Shown here: piece after piece, positions 18,187 through 27,381 of the stretch
How positions within the stretch are numbered: the first letter of the stretch is position 1
Layout: the number at the start of each line of letters is the position of its first letter
Virus record (IMG/VR): IMGVR_UViG_3300037467_002824
Coordinates: 1 to 64,000 of that record
Direction: 5' to 3' (one strand)
Length of the DNA: 64,000 nt
DNA from: a virus
Made by a program: the position numbers and the translations under genes
Notes under the pieces: generated by a model
What the model saw: only the letters and a program-made list of their open reading frames with translations
The model's database searches: none
Told to the model about the DNA's origin: nothing

Positions 18187-19048
18187 CCAGATCGCAGCGG
18201 AATTCGAGAAAGAATCCGGAGCCGTTGGCGATCTGTGGCGCCGAGGACGCGGTGCGGCGGGCGGTCTTTGGAACGCTCTCCGCGGCGAGTTGCCGGATCT
18301 GAGCGAACACGCGCATCTGGTTCACCCGGCCACGCCGCCTCCTATCCCGACGGCGGCGCTGAAGCCGCCCGCGGCCCCGGTGAAGACGGTCGTTGACAGC
18401 ACGAAGGACGCTCTCAAGGGAGTGCCCTCTTGGCTGCTGGGCGGAACGCTCGGCGCGGCCACAGGTACGCTCGTTGACAGCGACGATCGCGTCCGGGGCG
18501 CGCTCAACGGCGCGGGAATCGGAGCCTTGGGCGGGTACATGTGGGACAAGCTTCCTGGCGCGCCCGCGGGTCACACTGTGACCGCCGCCGAAAAGCAGGG
18601 GTTCTTCACACCGTCGATCAGCACCGGAGGATCGCTCGGTCTTTCGTACTCAGGCGGAAGTGAACGCCTTCCAGGAACCTCTTCCTACGCTGGCCGTGAC
18701 GTAATCGAGCGTGCCGGCAAGGCCCTCGACGAGGGCAAGCCCTACGAGGACGTGGTCGCCGCCGGCGCGAAGAGCCCGAAGGTCACCTACCTGCCGATGG
18801 CAGCGGCTGTTCTCGGCGGCCTCGTAGGCCGAACCTTGAAGAACACCCCGACGGGCTGGCTGGGCGGCGGCGCGGCGGGTCTCGCAGCCGGGTACCTCGG
18901 AAAGAGTCGGATGCAGCAAGGAATCGACGCAGAATCCCAATCGGCCACGAAGGGATTGCTCATCGAGCGCGCGAACATGGGCGACCAGCATGCCCGGAAC
19001 GTTATCCTTCAGCACCACCAGGACCTCTTCCCCGGGAGCCGCCCATGA
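18170..19048 (+). CDS. Glycine-zipper protein
   Basis: 292 aa. Repeated GxxxG segments (LLGGTLGAATGTL, GAGIGALGGYMW, AAVLGGLVG, GGGAAGLAAGYLG). Confidence 0.5.
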   Translation: MPANLDQIAAEFEKESGAVGDLWRRGRGAAGGLWNALRGELPDLSEHAHLVHPATPPPIPTAALKPPAAPVKTVVDSTKDALKGVPSWLLGGTLGAATGTLVDSDDRVRGALNGAGIGALGGYMWDKLPGAPAGHTVTAAEKQGFFTPSISTGGSLGLSYSGGSERLPGTSSYAGRDVIERAGKALDEGKPYEDVVAAGAKSPKVTYLPMAAAVLGGLVGRTLKNTPTGWLGGGAAGLAAGYLGKSRMQQGIDAESQSATKGLLIERANMGDQHARNVILQHHQDLFPGSRP

Positions 19049-19431
19049 CGCAACTGTACATCGTCAACGGAAACATCCAGTTCGCGCCCGCGCCGGACGC
19101 GCAGAACGCCACGATCCCGATCTCGCAGCAGATTGCCTTCACCCAGCTGCACGTCGATCAGCTTGTGTACAACGCGCCGGCGTCGAACCAGCCGATCGCC
19201 CTCGGTACGATGACGAACCCGAAGGCCGTGTACATCGAAATCATCAGCGGCAGCTGTACACTCAAGCTGAACACCGCAGACGTCGGCGTCATCAACCTCG
19301 GACTCGGCGCGACGCCCCAGGTGACGGACCGTTCGAACTTCACGATGTCGAATCCGACCGGTCTCGGCGCCCTCGCCATGGTTCTCACCGTGGCCCAGGC
19401 GTGCGTCCTGAAGATCTATGCGGTTCAGTGA
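19045..19431 (+). CDS. Hypothetical beta-rich protein
   Basis: 128 aa. ATGA overlap with the upstream gene. No motif. Confidence 0.5.
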   Translation: MTQLYIVNGNIQFAPAPDAQNATIPISQQIAFTQLHVDQLVYNAPASNQPIALGTMTNPKAVYIEIISGSCTLKLNTADVGVINLGLGATPQVTDRSNFTMSNPTGLGALAMVLTVAQACVLKIYAVQ

Positions 19432-19773
19432 TCAGTTGCCCGAACCGCCGCTTGTCGTCGGGCTGATGACGAGCGGCGGGGCAACGAGTTCCGGCGAAGC
19501 GACGCCGGCGCGGTTGATCTGATTCAACGCCCCGTGCAGAACCCCGGGCTGTGTCATGGCACTCGGATCTTCCCCGTACTGACGGTTGGCTTCGAATGCC
19601 CGATCGATCGCGTCATTGAGATTCAGCTGGCGATACTCGCCGTCGAAGTCCGGATCAGGGGTAGCTCCGTGCGCTACCCCTTCATCCTCTGCCCTTTTGG
19701 CGTGAAACCGCTTCCGGGCCGCGATCGTTCCTTCGCGGACCTTCTCTCGCAGAAACGGGAACACGCGCGGCAT
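19432..19773 (-). CDS. Hypothetical protein (last gene of inverted block)
   Basis: 113 aa. Its stop abuts the stop of 19045..19431 on TGATCA (19429-19434). Confidence 0.5.
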   Translation of the reverse strand: MPRVFPFLREKVREGTIAARKRFHAKRAEDEGVAHGATPDPDFDGEYRQLNLNDAIDRAFEANRQYGEDPSAMTQPGVLHGALNQINRAGVASPELVAPPLVISPTTSGGSGN

Positions 19774-20354
19774 TACTTATGCGCGCCCGGCAACGCTCCC
19801 CAGAGACCCTGGCGGACGCTCTGACCGGCGTTCCCTGCGGCTTGCCGTGCTCGCTGCATGCCATTTGAAACGGCCTGCTGTGCGGGCGCCACGGCCGACC
19901 CTACGGCCGCGCGGGCCTTGGCCATCGGACCGCTCAGGAAGTGAGGTGCGTTCGCGAACTGCTCGCGCGTCAGCTGCCCCACCGCACCGGGCGAAACACC
20001 GCGATTCTTGAGCGCGCCGGCGAACTGCTGAACGTGCCCCTGATAGGCCTTCTGTCCGAGGTAGCCGCCTGCCCCGCCAACAGCCGCGCCACCTGCAGCA
20101 CCAACGCCTGCGCCGACGAGGCCGCGCTTCGCGCGCTGCATCATGGACTGATCCGAGGGACCGCTCAACGCGCCACCCGCGGCGCCAACGCCTGCTCCGA
20201 TGAGTGCGCCACGGCCTGCGAACGAGCGAGCCACCTGTCCCGGCAGCGACAAGAGCGGGGCAGCGTCCTTCTCGAAGTCCGCCCACGTCTCGTAGCCGAA
20301 CTCCTGCGCCGCCTTGTCCATTCCCTGCTTGTACGCGAGATCCTTCATGGTCAC
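19773..20354 (-). CDS. AY..G-leader glycine-zipper protein
   Basis: 193 aa. N-terminus MTMKDLAYKQGMDKAAQEFG. Zippers GALIGAGVGAAGGALSG and LVGAGVGAAGGAAVGGAGGYLG. GTGA overlap with the upstream stop. Confidence 0.55.
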   Translation of the reverse strand: MTMKDLAYKQGMDKAAQEFGYETWADFEKDAAPLLSLPGQVARSFAGRGALIGAGVGAAGGALSGPSDQSMMQRAKRGLVGAGVGAAGGAAVGGAGGYLGQKAYQGHVQQFAGALKNRGVSPGAVGQLTREQFANAPHFLSGPMAKARAAVGSAVAPAQQAVSNGMQRARQAAGNAGQSVRQGLWGALPGAHK

Positions 20355-21118
20355 CGTCCGAAGGCCTGTCCGGCCTGCTGTGCGAGGTCCTTGCCTGCAA
20401 TTGTAGCGCGTCCGAGGGCGCCTCCGCGCAGGTATCCGAGCAAGCCGCCCCCGACGGCACCGACACCAGCTCCGAGCGTCCCGCCCATGATCATCCGGCG
20501 TTCGTGCTCCTTGTCGTCAGCGTTGTCCGGGGTAGCCAGATGTCCGATTCCAACGCCGGCGGCGGCTCCGAGAAGACCGCCCCCGCCAACCCACTTCGGA
20601 ACCATCCCGGAACGGATGTTGGCAGCGACTTGTTCCGCCTCGGGCCCGTGAAGAACGTCTTTCGACAAGTGAACAGCCGCTTCCTGATGCGTCGGGATGT
20701 TCCCCATCTCGAAACGCTTCACGACGAATTCGCCGGGGCCGCTGCCTACCTGAATCACTTCGTGAGACGGCATGCCGTGATTCGCTTCGTTCAAGAACCA
20801 CTGCGCCTTCTCGGGCACGTGCGGTTCCGCGCTGAACACGCCGCGGATCTTGTCGAGAAGGCCTCCTCCAAGCGGCTTCAGCTTATCGACTTCTTTCATC
20901 ACGCCGCGCGAAGAGTCTTCGTGGAGCGACCGGATCTTCTCTGCCATGTCCGGCATCTCGCGGGAGAGTTCTTCCATATTGGAGAGGAACTCGGAACGGG
21001 GGATGCGGTTCAGGTCTTCGGCGAGCGACGAGCCGTGCTTCACGAATTCGCGCAAGCTAGCGTATCCTGCTTCAGCGAAGGCGCGTTCGATCCCCTGGTC
21101 ATAGGCGAGGTTTCGCAT
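20351..21118 (-). CDS. AY..G-leader protein with C-terminal glycine zipper
   Basis: 255 aa. N-terminus MRNLAYDQGIERAFAEAG. C-terminal GGGGLLGAAAGVGIG..GGTLGAGVGAVGGGLLGYLRGG. Confidence 0.55.
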   Translation of the reverse strand: MRNLAYDQGIERAFAEAGYASLREFVKHGSSLAEDLNRIPRSEFLSNMEELSREMPDMAEKIRSLHEDSSRGVMKEVDKLKPLGGGLLDKIRGVFSAEPHVPEKAQWFLNEANHGMPSHEVIQVGSGPGEFVVKRFEMGNIPTHQEAAVHLSKDVLHGPEAEQVAANIRSGMVPKWVGGGGLLGAAAGVGIGHLATPDNADDKEHERRMIMGGTLGAGVGAVGGGLLGYLRGGALGRATIAGKDLAQQAGQAFGR

Positions 21119-21124
21119 GGTGCC

Positions 21125-21616
21125 TCAGTAGTGATGGAAGCGAGACACGCTTCGGTAGCCTGAACCAAGCGAGCCGTAGCACGCTTCCATGTTCAGCTGG
21201 GTCTTGATGCCGCGTGCCATCCCCATGAACTCTTCGTCGCACATCTTGGCGATCTGGTTGTAGAACGCCTGCTTGTCGTCGACGCCGATCGGCGCAACGT
21301 CTCCGTCCTGTGCCGTAACCTGGTTACGAAGCTGACGGAACGCCTCCGACTTCATGAGAAAGGCCGCCGTACCCACCAGGAGTACCCACGGGTTGATCGA
21401 GTTCTGGTCGAGCAACGTGATCGGAGTGATCGCGTTGTACCTCGCCACCGTGAACTTGATGGCGCGATTCAGATCTGCGTCGGAATACTCGGGCCCGTCC
21501 AAAAGAACGTTGAGGACGCCCGTATTCGGGATCTGTCCGGCCACATCACGCAAGAAGCCGCGGACGTCATCCGTGGTAACGACGGGCGTGGTGACGGGGG
21601 TTCCGGTTACAGGCAT
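21125..21616 (-). CDS. Hypothetical structural-block protein
   Basis: 163 aa. Thr/Val/Pro-rich N-terminus. No motif. Confidence 0.5.
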   Translation of the reverse strand: MPVTGTPVTTPVVTTDDVRGFLRDVAGQIPNTGVLNVLLDGPEYSDADLNRAIKFTVARYNAITPITLLDQNSINPWVLLVGTAAFLMKSEAFRQLRNQVTAQDGDVAPIGVDDKQAFYNQIAKMCDEEFMGMARGIKTQLNMEACYGSLGSGYRSVSRFHHY

Positions 21617-21628
21617 CGGGATCTCCTA

Positions 21629-22414
21629 TCAGACGATTGCCGAAAAGCGTGCTTCGCGCTGGACGTTCACACGAGCCATGCCGGTCAAGGGCGAGGCCGG
21701 TACTACGAGGAATGCCTGACGCGGCAAGAGGAGGAACGACGCGTCGGCGAACGACACGAACGGTTGCCCGACGTTCACTGCGCCACTGAAGATCGTCGCG
21801 GTCTCGGCAGCGATCGGCTCCAGTCCGGCGTCGAGGTTCGCGATCTGGAAAGACACATTGACGGCGCCCACCATGCCTACGAACTGACACTCCATCTGAC
21901 GGATCACGAGCGGATCGGTCTGATCGAAGTAGAAAAGCCCTCCAGCTCCCGCCGTGGTGAACTTGAGCTGCGGCGCGACGATCGTCGGATCGGCGCCGCC
22001 TGCAAGAGGCGTTGCGGCAGCCGCCGCCACGACGCTCGTGCCACCGGCGTGAGCAACCACCGGCAACTGCTGCGTCGGATTCGACGAGTTGCGGAAGTTG
22101 TTGATCGCGTTCGCAACCTCATCAGCCGTAGCGAGGATGGCTCCTGCGCTGCGCCGAAGAATCACTCGAACGGAGTTCGCGCTGAGCAACTGCACGGTCG
22201 TGACTGGCACGACATTCGGCGCTCCCGAATCGAACTGTTCCACCGTGACACTGTTGCCGTCCAAGCCGTACGCACGTGCGCGGTAGCGGACCAACGCGCC
22301 GCCTCCGCCTACGTCCAATGACGCCCGCCCGACGTACGAGCCGTTGTACGTGCCCGGCCCCGTGAGGAGCTGCTGCATGGAGACAACGCTGCTGAGATCG
22401 AAAGAAACTGCCAT
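21629..22414 (-). CDS. Structural protein, paralogue of 31943..32698
   Basis: 261 aa. Shares with 31943..32698 the Ala/Gly module (..ILATADEVANAINNF..PLAGGADPTIVAPQLKF..GGLFYFDQT) and overall collinearity. Confidence 0.55.
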   Translation of the reverse strand: MAVSFDLSSVVSMQQLLTGPGTYNGSYVGRASLDVGGGGALVRYRARAYGLDGNSVTVEQFDSGAPNVVPVTTVQLLSANSVRVILRRSAGAILATADEVANAINNFRNSSNPTQQLPVVAHAGGTSVVAAAAATPLAGGADPTIVAPQLKFTTAGAGGLFYFDQTDPLVIRQMECQFVGMVGAVNVSFQIANLDAGLEPIAAETATIFSGAVNVGQPFVSFADASFLLLPRQAFLVVPASPLTGMARVNVQREARFSAIV

Positions 22415-22423
22415 GAGAGGTCC

Positions 22424-22978
22424 TCACACGGTGATCGTGATGATGTCGGGGCCGTAGCCAGAAGGCTTGAAAAACTGGATCACGTAGTTTGCGCCGACCG
22501 GCAGGTACGCCGGCGTGACCCAACGGCCATCGTCACGGGTCATCAGGATCGCATACGGCGTCGTGGTCCGCCCTTGTGCGTAGTCCGGCTGAAGATAGAT
22601 TCGGATCTCCGCTTGCGGGATCGGAGTTCCACCCGGGGCCAGATACCGGAGCGCATCGACGCCGCCGTAGTCGTGATCAACCCTCGCTCGATTGGCCAAC
22701 GCGGTGTCTTGAATCGCGCTGGGCGTAAAGGGAGCACTCTGCGCAATGACCTGAGTGAACGCGTTCAGCGCATTCACCTGGTAGAACGCGTCCAACGCGC
22801 CGGCGGAGTCGTCGTAGAAAAACCGATCCAGATTCGAATCGAAATTGGCCCCGGTTACGTCAGCCGGAATCGTAGCCAAAAGCCAGAACGGCCCCTGCTG
22901 ACTTTCTGCTCGAAAAATCTGATAGTTAGCGATGGCAGGATCTCCCGCCTTTCGCCAGAAAACGCGCACACTACTCAT
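22424..22978 (-). CDS. FN3-like plus CarboxypepD_reg-like structural protein
   Basis: 184 aa. N-terminal FN3-like pattern (VRVFWRK..IANYQIFRAESQQGPF..FFYDD..YQVNALN). C-terminal beta-sandwich pattern (IRIYLQP..GRWVTPAYLPVGANYVIQFFKPGY). Confidence 0.5.
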   Translation of the reverse strand: MSSVRVFWRKAGDPAIANYQIFRAESQQGPFWLLATIPADVTGANFDSNLDRFFYDDSAGALDAFYQVNALNAFTQVIAQSAPFTPSAIQDTALANRARVDHDYGGVDALRYLAPGGTPIPQAEIRIYLQPDYAQGRTTTPYAILMTRDDGRWVTPAYLPVGANYVIQFFKPSGYGPDIITITV

Positions 22979-23186
22979 CGCGGTTCACCACATCGGTGTG
23001 GATCAACTCTTGGTCGATCAGCTCTTCAAACGTGAGATAGTGCGGCCGTTGGAGAGGCGGAGCTGCGGGTTCTGGCGGCTGCGCTTCCGAATTCAGCTGC
23101 GCTGACGCGTCGATCGGCACGCGTGCCGCGTCCTCGCCGTCGAGGACGAATGCACCGTAGGCATCGATCGTGGGCGGCGAAGGCAT
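22971..23186 (-). CDS. Hypothetical small acidic protein (first gene of inverted block)
   Basis: 71 aa, overlapping the downstream gene by 8 nt. Pro/Ala/Glu-rich. Confidence 0.4.
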   Translation of the reverse strand: MPSPPTIDAYGAFVLDGEDAARVPIDASAQLNSEAQPPEPAAPPLQRPHYLTFEELIDQELIHTDVVNRDE

Positions 23187-23224
23187 GCTCGGTTCCTATC
23201 ATAGAGCCGAGGCAACGCCGCACA

Positions 23225-26200
23225 ATGAGCCTGGTTCCTAAGAGCGTAAACCTTCGGGCCCTGCAGATCGGTATCGAAACCTCTGGGGGCGGCTCCGGGT
23301 TCATTTCGGACGACGGCGCCACGCCGATGACAGCCGATTGGAACATCGGTGGGCACAAGATCACAAGCCTCCTTGACCCGGTTAACCCATTCGACGCGGC
23401 CACTAAGAACTACGTCGACCTGGTAGCTCAAGGGCTTACGGCTAAGCCAGCGGCCACGGTTACATCGCAAACGAACATCGTTTTGTCGGGTACACAGATG
23501 ATCGACGGAGTCAACACCGTCGATGGCAACATCGTTCTTCTGCGAGGCCAAACGGATCCGATCGAAAACGGTATGTGGGTCGTCCACGCCGGCGCTTGGG
23601 CCCGTCACGCGGATATGCCGGCAGGGTCGCACGCCGGCGGTTCGTTCGTATTCGTCGAACAGGGCGGTCTTTACGCCGACACCGGTTGGGTTTGCAGTTC
23701 GGACTCGCCGAACGACATCGTCGGTACGAACAATCTCAACTGGGTACAGTTCTCCGGCGCGGGCGCGTATAGCGCTGGTACAGGCCTCGATCTCACCGGC
23801 ACCCAGTTCTCAGTGCTTTACGGTACGACCGCAGGCACCGCTCTCGAAGGTTCTCAGGACGCGAACTACGTACACCTCACCGGAACCGAATTCGTCGGCG
23901 GGGCCAAGACGTTCACGAGTGGTCTCACGGTCCAAGGCACGGACTTCGTCGCGCAGACGAATGCGTACGTAGCCAGCCTGACGGCATACACACTTTCGAA
24001 CGACTTCACGGTTCGCTTTCCTGCCGCCTTCAACTTGAAGTTCCAGACGTGGAACGGCACGACCGCTACAAACGTCGCACGTCTCACGTCTACCTTCGGG
24101 CTACAGATCGGGGACACGACGACCTGGTCGTATCCGGGCGTCCTGATCGCGAACCAAAACGTCCGTGCCGGATCAGCAATCTACTCCATCGACCTGTTCG
24201 GTTTTCCAGCGATCATGCTCGGCGCGAACGGAAACGACGTTTCTCTGTCGTCATTCAGCTCGACGGGTGTTCTCTATCTGAACAACGCTGTTGCTGCTAA
24301 CACTGTCATCAACAGCGGCAACAACACGTTTCACGACATTCTCACGCTGACGTCGCCGACGATCTTCGTGACGCCCGCAGCCGGCTACGGCTCCGCGCTC
24401 GCGTTCAAGCCCGCCAACGCTGCCGGAACGGGTGTGGTCTCGGGCCGTATCACCTCGGTGTGGTCGAATGCAGGCGCTGGCACGGAAGTCGGCGCCATGA
24501 CGTTCCAGACCCTCACAGGCGGTTCGCTCACGGAGCGCATGCGCATCGCAGGGAGCGGCGGCGTCACTATCGGTACAAGCGGAACTGATCCCGGAACGGG
24601 TGTCCTGCGTGTTGAAGGAAACGAAATCCTCACCACAACCACAGCTGCAACAGGCGGTGCGCAGCTTGTTTCCTCTCCGACGTTCACGATGCGCGGCGCG
24701 GCGTGGAATGGCTCGTCGAGCGCGAATCAGGACGCAGCATGGGGGTACACGCCGCAGGGTACACAAGACGGAACGCTCGGCCTCTCGATTGGGGGTTCGA
24801 CCATCTTCCGTTTCCAACGAAGTGCTCAGTCATTCCCCGCTACGCAGGCAGCGATCGTTGTTGGTGTCGGAACGTTGAACGCGGTTGCGTTGGGAAGTTC
24901 TGAAGGCTTCGGCAACGTGTTCGAATACTACGACACGTTTACGATGGGAAAGTCGGATACGGCGGGACACGTTGGATATCTCGGGTTCACGCCTGACTCT
25001 TTCACAACACACCTGAAGATCTGGAGCACAGGCAACATTCGGATCGGTTCTACGAACACCGACCCAACCTACAAACTCCAAGTCGATGGCACAACGAATA
25101 CGACGTCCTACGCCGTTGTCTCACGTCTCATGGTCGCGGACGGCGTCTTCACGGCGAGTTCTGCGGACCCTGGTGCAGGGAACATTCTTCTGGGGAATGC
25201 AAAAACATTCTACGGACGAAACGCAGCGAACAACGCGAATCTCTCACTTCTGACTCTCGACAGCAGCAACAACGTTGTTCTCGGTAACAACGTCACGTCC
25301 CAATACGCGGTTGCTCGTGCGGTCAACGGTGGCGCGTTCATCGTCCAGAACGGGGTCGACAATTTCCACCGGATGCTCTCGGATGGCGGTACCTACGTCA
25401 TCGGACCGGCAGTTCTCGATACGGGGACGACGACGCCAGCCGCTTCGACGATTCGTACACCCAACATCGCATCAGCGTCCAACATCGCACCCGGTGCATT
25501 GAATCTCGCGACAGGTTCGGGACGCGGATCTGGCGCCACCGCCTTCATTGCGTTGCAGACGAACGTTCCGACAAGTCCAGGAACCGGTGCGCAGTCGGTC
25601 GTTTCTCGTATGACAGTCGGCGCGGGCGTGATGGTGAACGACGGTGTGTTCACGACCGCGTCAGATCCAGGGTACGGCAACGTTTTGCTGGGGAACACGA
25701 AGACTCTCTACGGACGGAATGCGGCGAACGGCGGAAACATTGGTCTCATTGGTCTCGATAGCAGCGACCGAGTAGTAATGGGAAACGCTACGGCCGGCGC
25801 GATGACGTTGCGCTTCCAGCAGCAAGACGGGCTGACCTTTCAGACCTGGAATTACAACAGCGGGGCGTACGAATCGATCTTCAACTGGGGCGGAACTGAA
25901 CTCACGATCGGTGGCGGATCCCAGATCGATGCGATCTATGTCGATGCCGGAGCAGCAGGAAGCTTGGTGCTGAGCGCCAACGGTCCCACACAAGTCTCGT
26001 TCGGCTCAGGTTCGATGAACTTCCAGAGTTGCGGATTCTGGTTCGGTGGTCTCGGAATCTACACGGCGAACCACACGATCGCGTACACCGAGAACGTAGC
26101 ATTGGGTGACGCGACGGGCGGGGCGTTCAACTTCCAGCTTCCGAACCCGAATCGTGCTGGATTCGGACTCTGGGTGAAGAACATCGGAACGGCCAACAAC

Positions 26201-26320
26201 GTGACTCTCGTCCGGAACGCGGCGGAGAAGATCAACGGTACCGCCGCCAACTTCGCGGTGACACCCGGAGTGGGCGGGTTCCTCGTATCGGATGGTACGG
26301 ACTGGCACTTTGTGCGATGA
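23225..26320 (+). CDS. Tail fibre protein
   Basis: 1031 aa from ATG 23225 (track ORF starts at 23123 without an RBS). The N-terminus ADWNIGGHKITSLLDPVNPFDAATKNYVD is the conserved tail-fibre opening. The body is long and Gly/Thr/Asn/Ser-rich. Confidence 0.7.
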   Translation: MSLVPKSVNLRALQIGIETSGGGSGFISDDGATPMTADWNIGGHKITSLLDPVNPFDAATKNYVDLVAQGLTAKPAATVTSQTNIVLSGTQMIDGVNTVDGNIVLLRGQTDPIENGMWVVHAGAWARHADMPAGSHAGGSFVFVEQGGLYADTGWVCSSDSPNDIVGTNNLNWVQFSGAGAYSAGTGLDLTGTQFSVLYGTTAGTALEGSQDANYVHLTGTEFVGGAKTFTSGLTVQGTDFVAQTNAYVASLTAYTLSNDFTVRFPAAFNLKFQTWNGTTATNVARLTSTFGLQIGDTTTWSYPGVLIANQNVRAGSAIYSIDLFGFPAIMLGANGNDVSLSSFSSTGVLYLNNAVAANTVINSGNNTFHDILTLTSPTIFVTPAAGYGSALAFKPANAAGTGVVSGRITSVWSNAGAGTEVGAMTFQTLTGGSLTERMRIAGSGGVTIGTSGTDPGTGVLRVEGNEILTTTTAATGGAQLVSSPTFTMRGAAWNGSSSANQDAAWGYTPQGTQDGTLGLSIGGSTIFRFQRSAQSFPATQAAIVVGVGTLNAVALGSSEGFGNVFEYYDTFTMGKSDTAGHVGYLGFTPDSFTTHLKIWSTGNIRIGSTNTDPTYKLQVDGTTNTTSYAVVSRLMVADGVFTASSADPGAGNILLGNAKTFYGRNAANNANLSLLTLDSSNNVVLGNNVTSQYAVARAVNGGAFIVQNGVDNFHRMLSDGGTYVIGPAVLDTGTTTPAASTIRTPNIASASNIAPGALNLATGSGRGSGATAFIALQTNVPTSPGTGAQSVVSRMTVGAGVMVNDGVFTTASDPGYGNVLLGNTKTLYGRNAANGGNIGLIGLDSSDRVVMGNATAGAMTLRFQQQDGLTFQTWNYNSGAYESIFNWGGTELTIGGGSQIDAIYVDAGAAGSLVLSANGPTQVSFGSGSMNFQSCGFWFGGLGIYTANHTIAYTENVALGDATGGAFNFQLPNPNRAGFGLWVKNIGTANNVTLVRNAAEKINGTAANFAVTPGVGGFLVSDGTDWHFVR

Positions 26321-26380
26321 TCACCTAGGCGAACAATAGCGACGTTTGCAGTAGCAGGGGTGTCGACAAACGGGAACTTC

Positions 26381-26408
26381 TTGTTCTAAGCGTCCAGTAC
26401 GATAAGAT
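26381..26408 (+). promoter_or_regulatory. Promoter-like element
   Basis: TTGTTC-N16-TAAGAT. The -10 box ends 6 nt before ATG 26415, which would give a leaderless-type start. Confidence 0.35.
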
Positions 26409-26414
26409 CCGGCC

Positions 26415-26753
26415 ATGTCCAAGCCGAAATACATCACCGTCTCCGAAGTCACGGGCTACAAGATCGCGCGTCTGATGGAGCGTCAGGAAAAGCTGCAAGC
26501 GCAGCTGCAGCTCATGCAGTCGCAAGCCAATCACCTTCAAATGCTCCTCACAGAGACCAAGAAGGACACGGCCTCTCTCATCGAGAGCGCGGGCTTGAAG
26601 AACCTCCGTCTGGGTTCGATCGTTCTCGAAAACGAAGGGGGCTACTCGACCGGAACCGTTCTCGACCCCGAAGGGAAACCGTTCCCGGTACCGGAACCTG
26701 CACCGGCCGAAGCACCTCCCCAAGCAGCCGACGCTGTGCCCGTAACCGGGTAA
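26415..26753 (+). CDS. Coiled-coil protein
   Basis: 112 aa. Heptad-rich LMERQEKLQAQLQLMQSQANHLQMLL followed by a Pro-rich tail. Confidence 0.5.
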   Translation: MSKPKYITVSEVTGYKIARLMERQEKLQAQLQLMQSQANHLQMLLTETKKDTASLIESAGLKNLRLGSIVLENEGGYSTGTVLDPEGKPFPVPEPAPAEAPPQAADAVPVTG

Positions 26754-26883
26754 ACGGTATCTGTAGACGTTCTGCACACTATCGAATTCGGGGCGCTGGG
26801 TATTTCGAAAGAAACGAAAGATCGACGTCCAGTAGCGCGACAATCTCACTCCAGATTCGGTACGCCGATGGCTATCATAGGCC

Positions 26884-27372
26884 ATGGCATCCCGAAACCC
26901 GCCTCGCCGCCGTGCCGTCCCTTCTGACAGCGGCGGTCAGAACGCCGTTCTCGCTGCCATCGGCCTCATCGACAACAAGATCGACAACGTGGCCGTGTCT
27001 GTTCGCGAGACCGATTCCAAGGTCACCCGTCTCCAGACCGAACAGTCTCAGCAGACCGTCACGCTGAACGGCGTGGACGCCCGCGTGCGCCAACTGGAAA
27101 CGGAAAAGATCAACGAGGCGCGTATCCAGCAGATCGAAGCGCGGGGGTCGGAAACCGAGAAGCGCGTGACGAAGCTCGAAAACGAGCACCGGGAATTCGC
27201 TCCGAAACAAGAGCAGATGGCCAAGGACCTCGCTGAGCTGAAGACGGACTTGAAGCCCGTTTCTCAGTTCGTGGATCGCGCCAAGTTCATGCTCCCGCTC
27301 ATCACAGGCATCGGCGGTGTGGCAGGTGCGGTCGTCACGGCGATCGTCTTGAAAGTCTTGAATCTGCACTAG
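26884..27372 (+). CDS. Tail-anchored coiled-coil membrane protein
   Basis: 162 aa. Long coiled coil (RVRQLETEKINEARIQQIEARGSETEKRVTKLENEH) ending in one C-terminal TM helix (FMLPLITGIGGVAGAVVTAIVLKVL). Confidence 0.5.
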   Translation: MASRNPPRRRAVPSDSGGQNAVLAAIGLIDNKIDNVAVSVRETDSKVTRLQTEQSQQTVTLNGVDARVRQLETEKINEARIQQIEARGSETEKRVTKLENEHREFAPKQEQMAKDLAELKTDLKPVSQFVDRAKFMLPLITGIGGVAGAVVTAIVLKVLNLH

Positions 27373-27381
27373 GAGGCTGCC

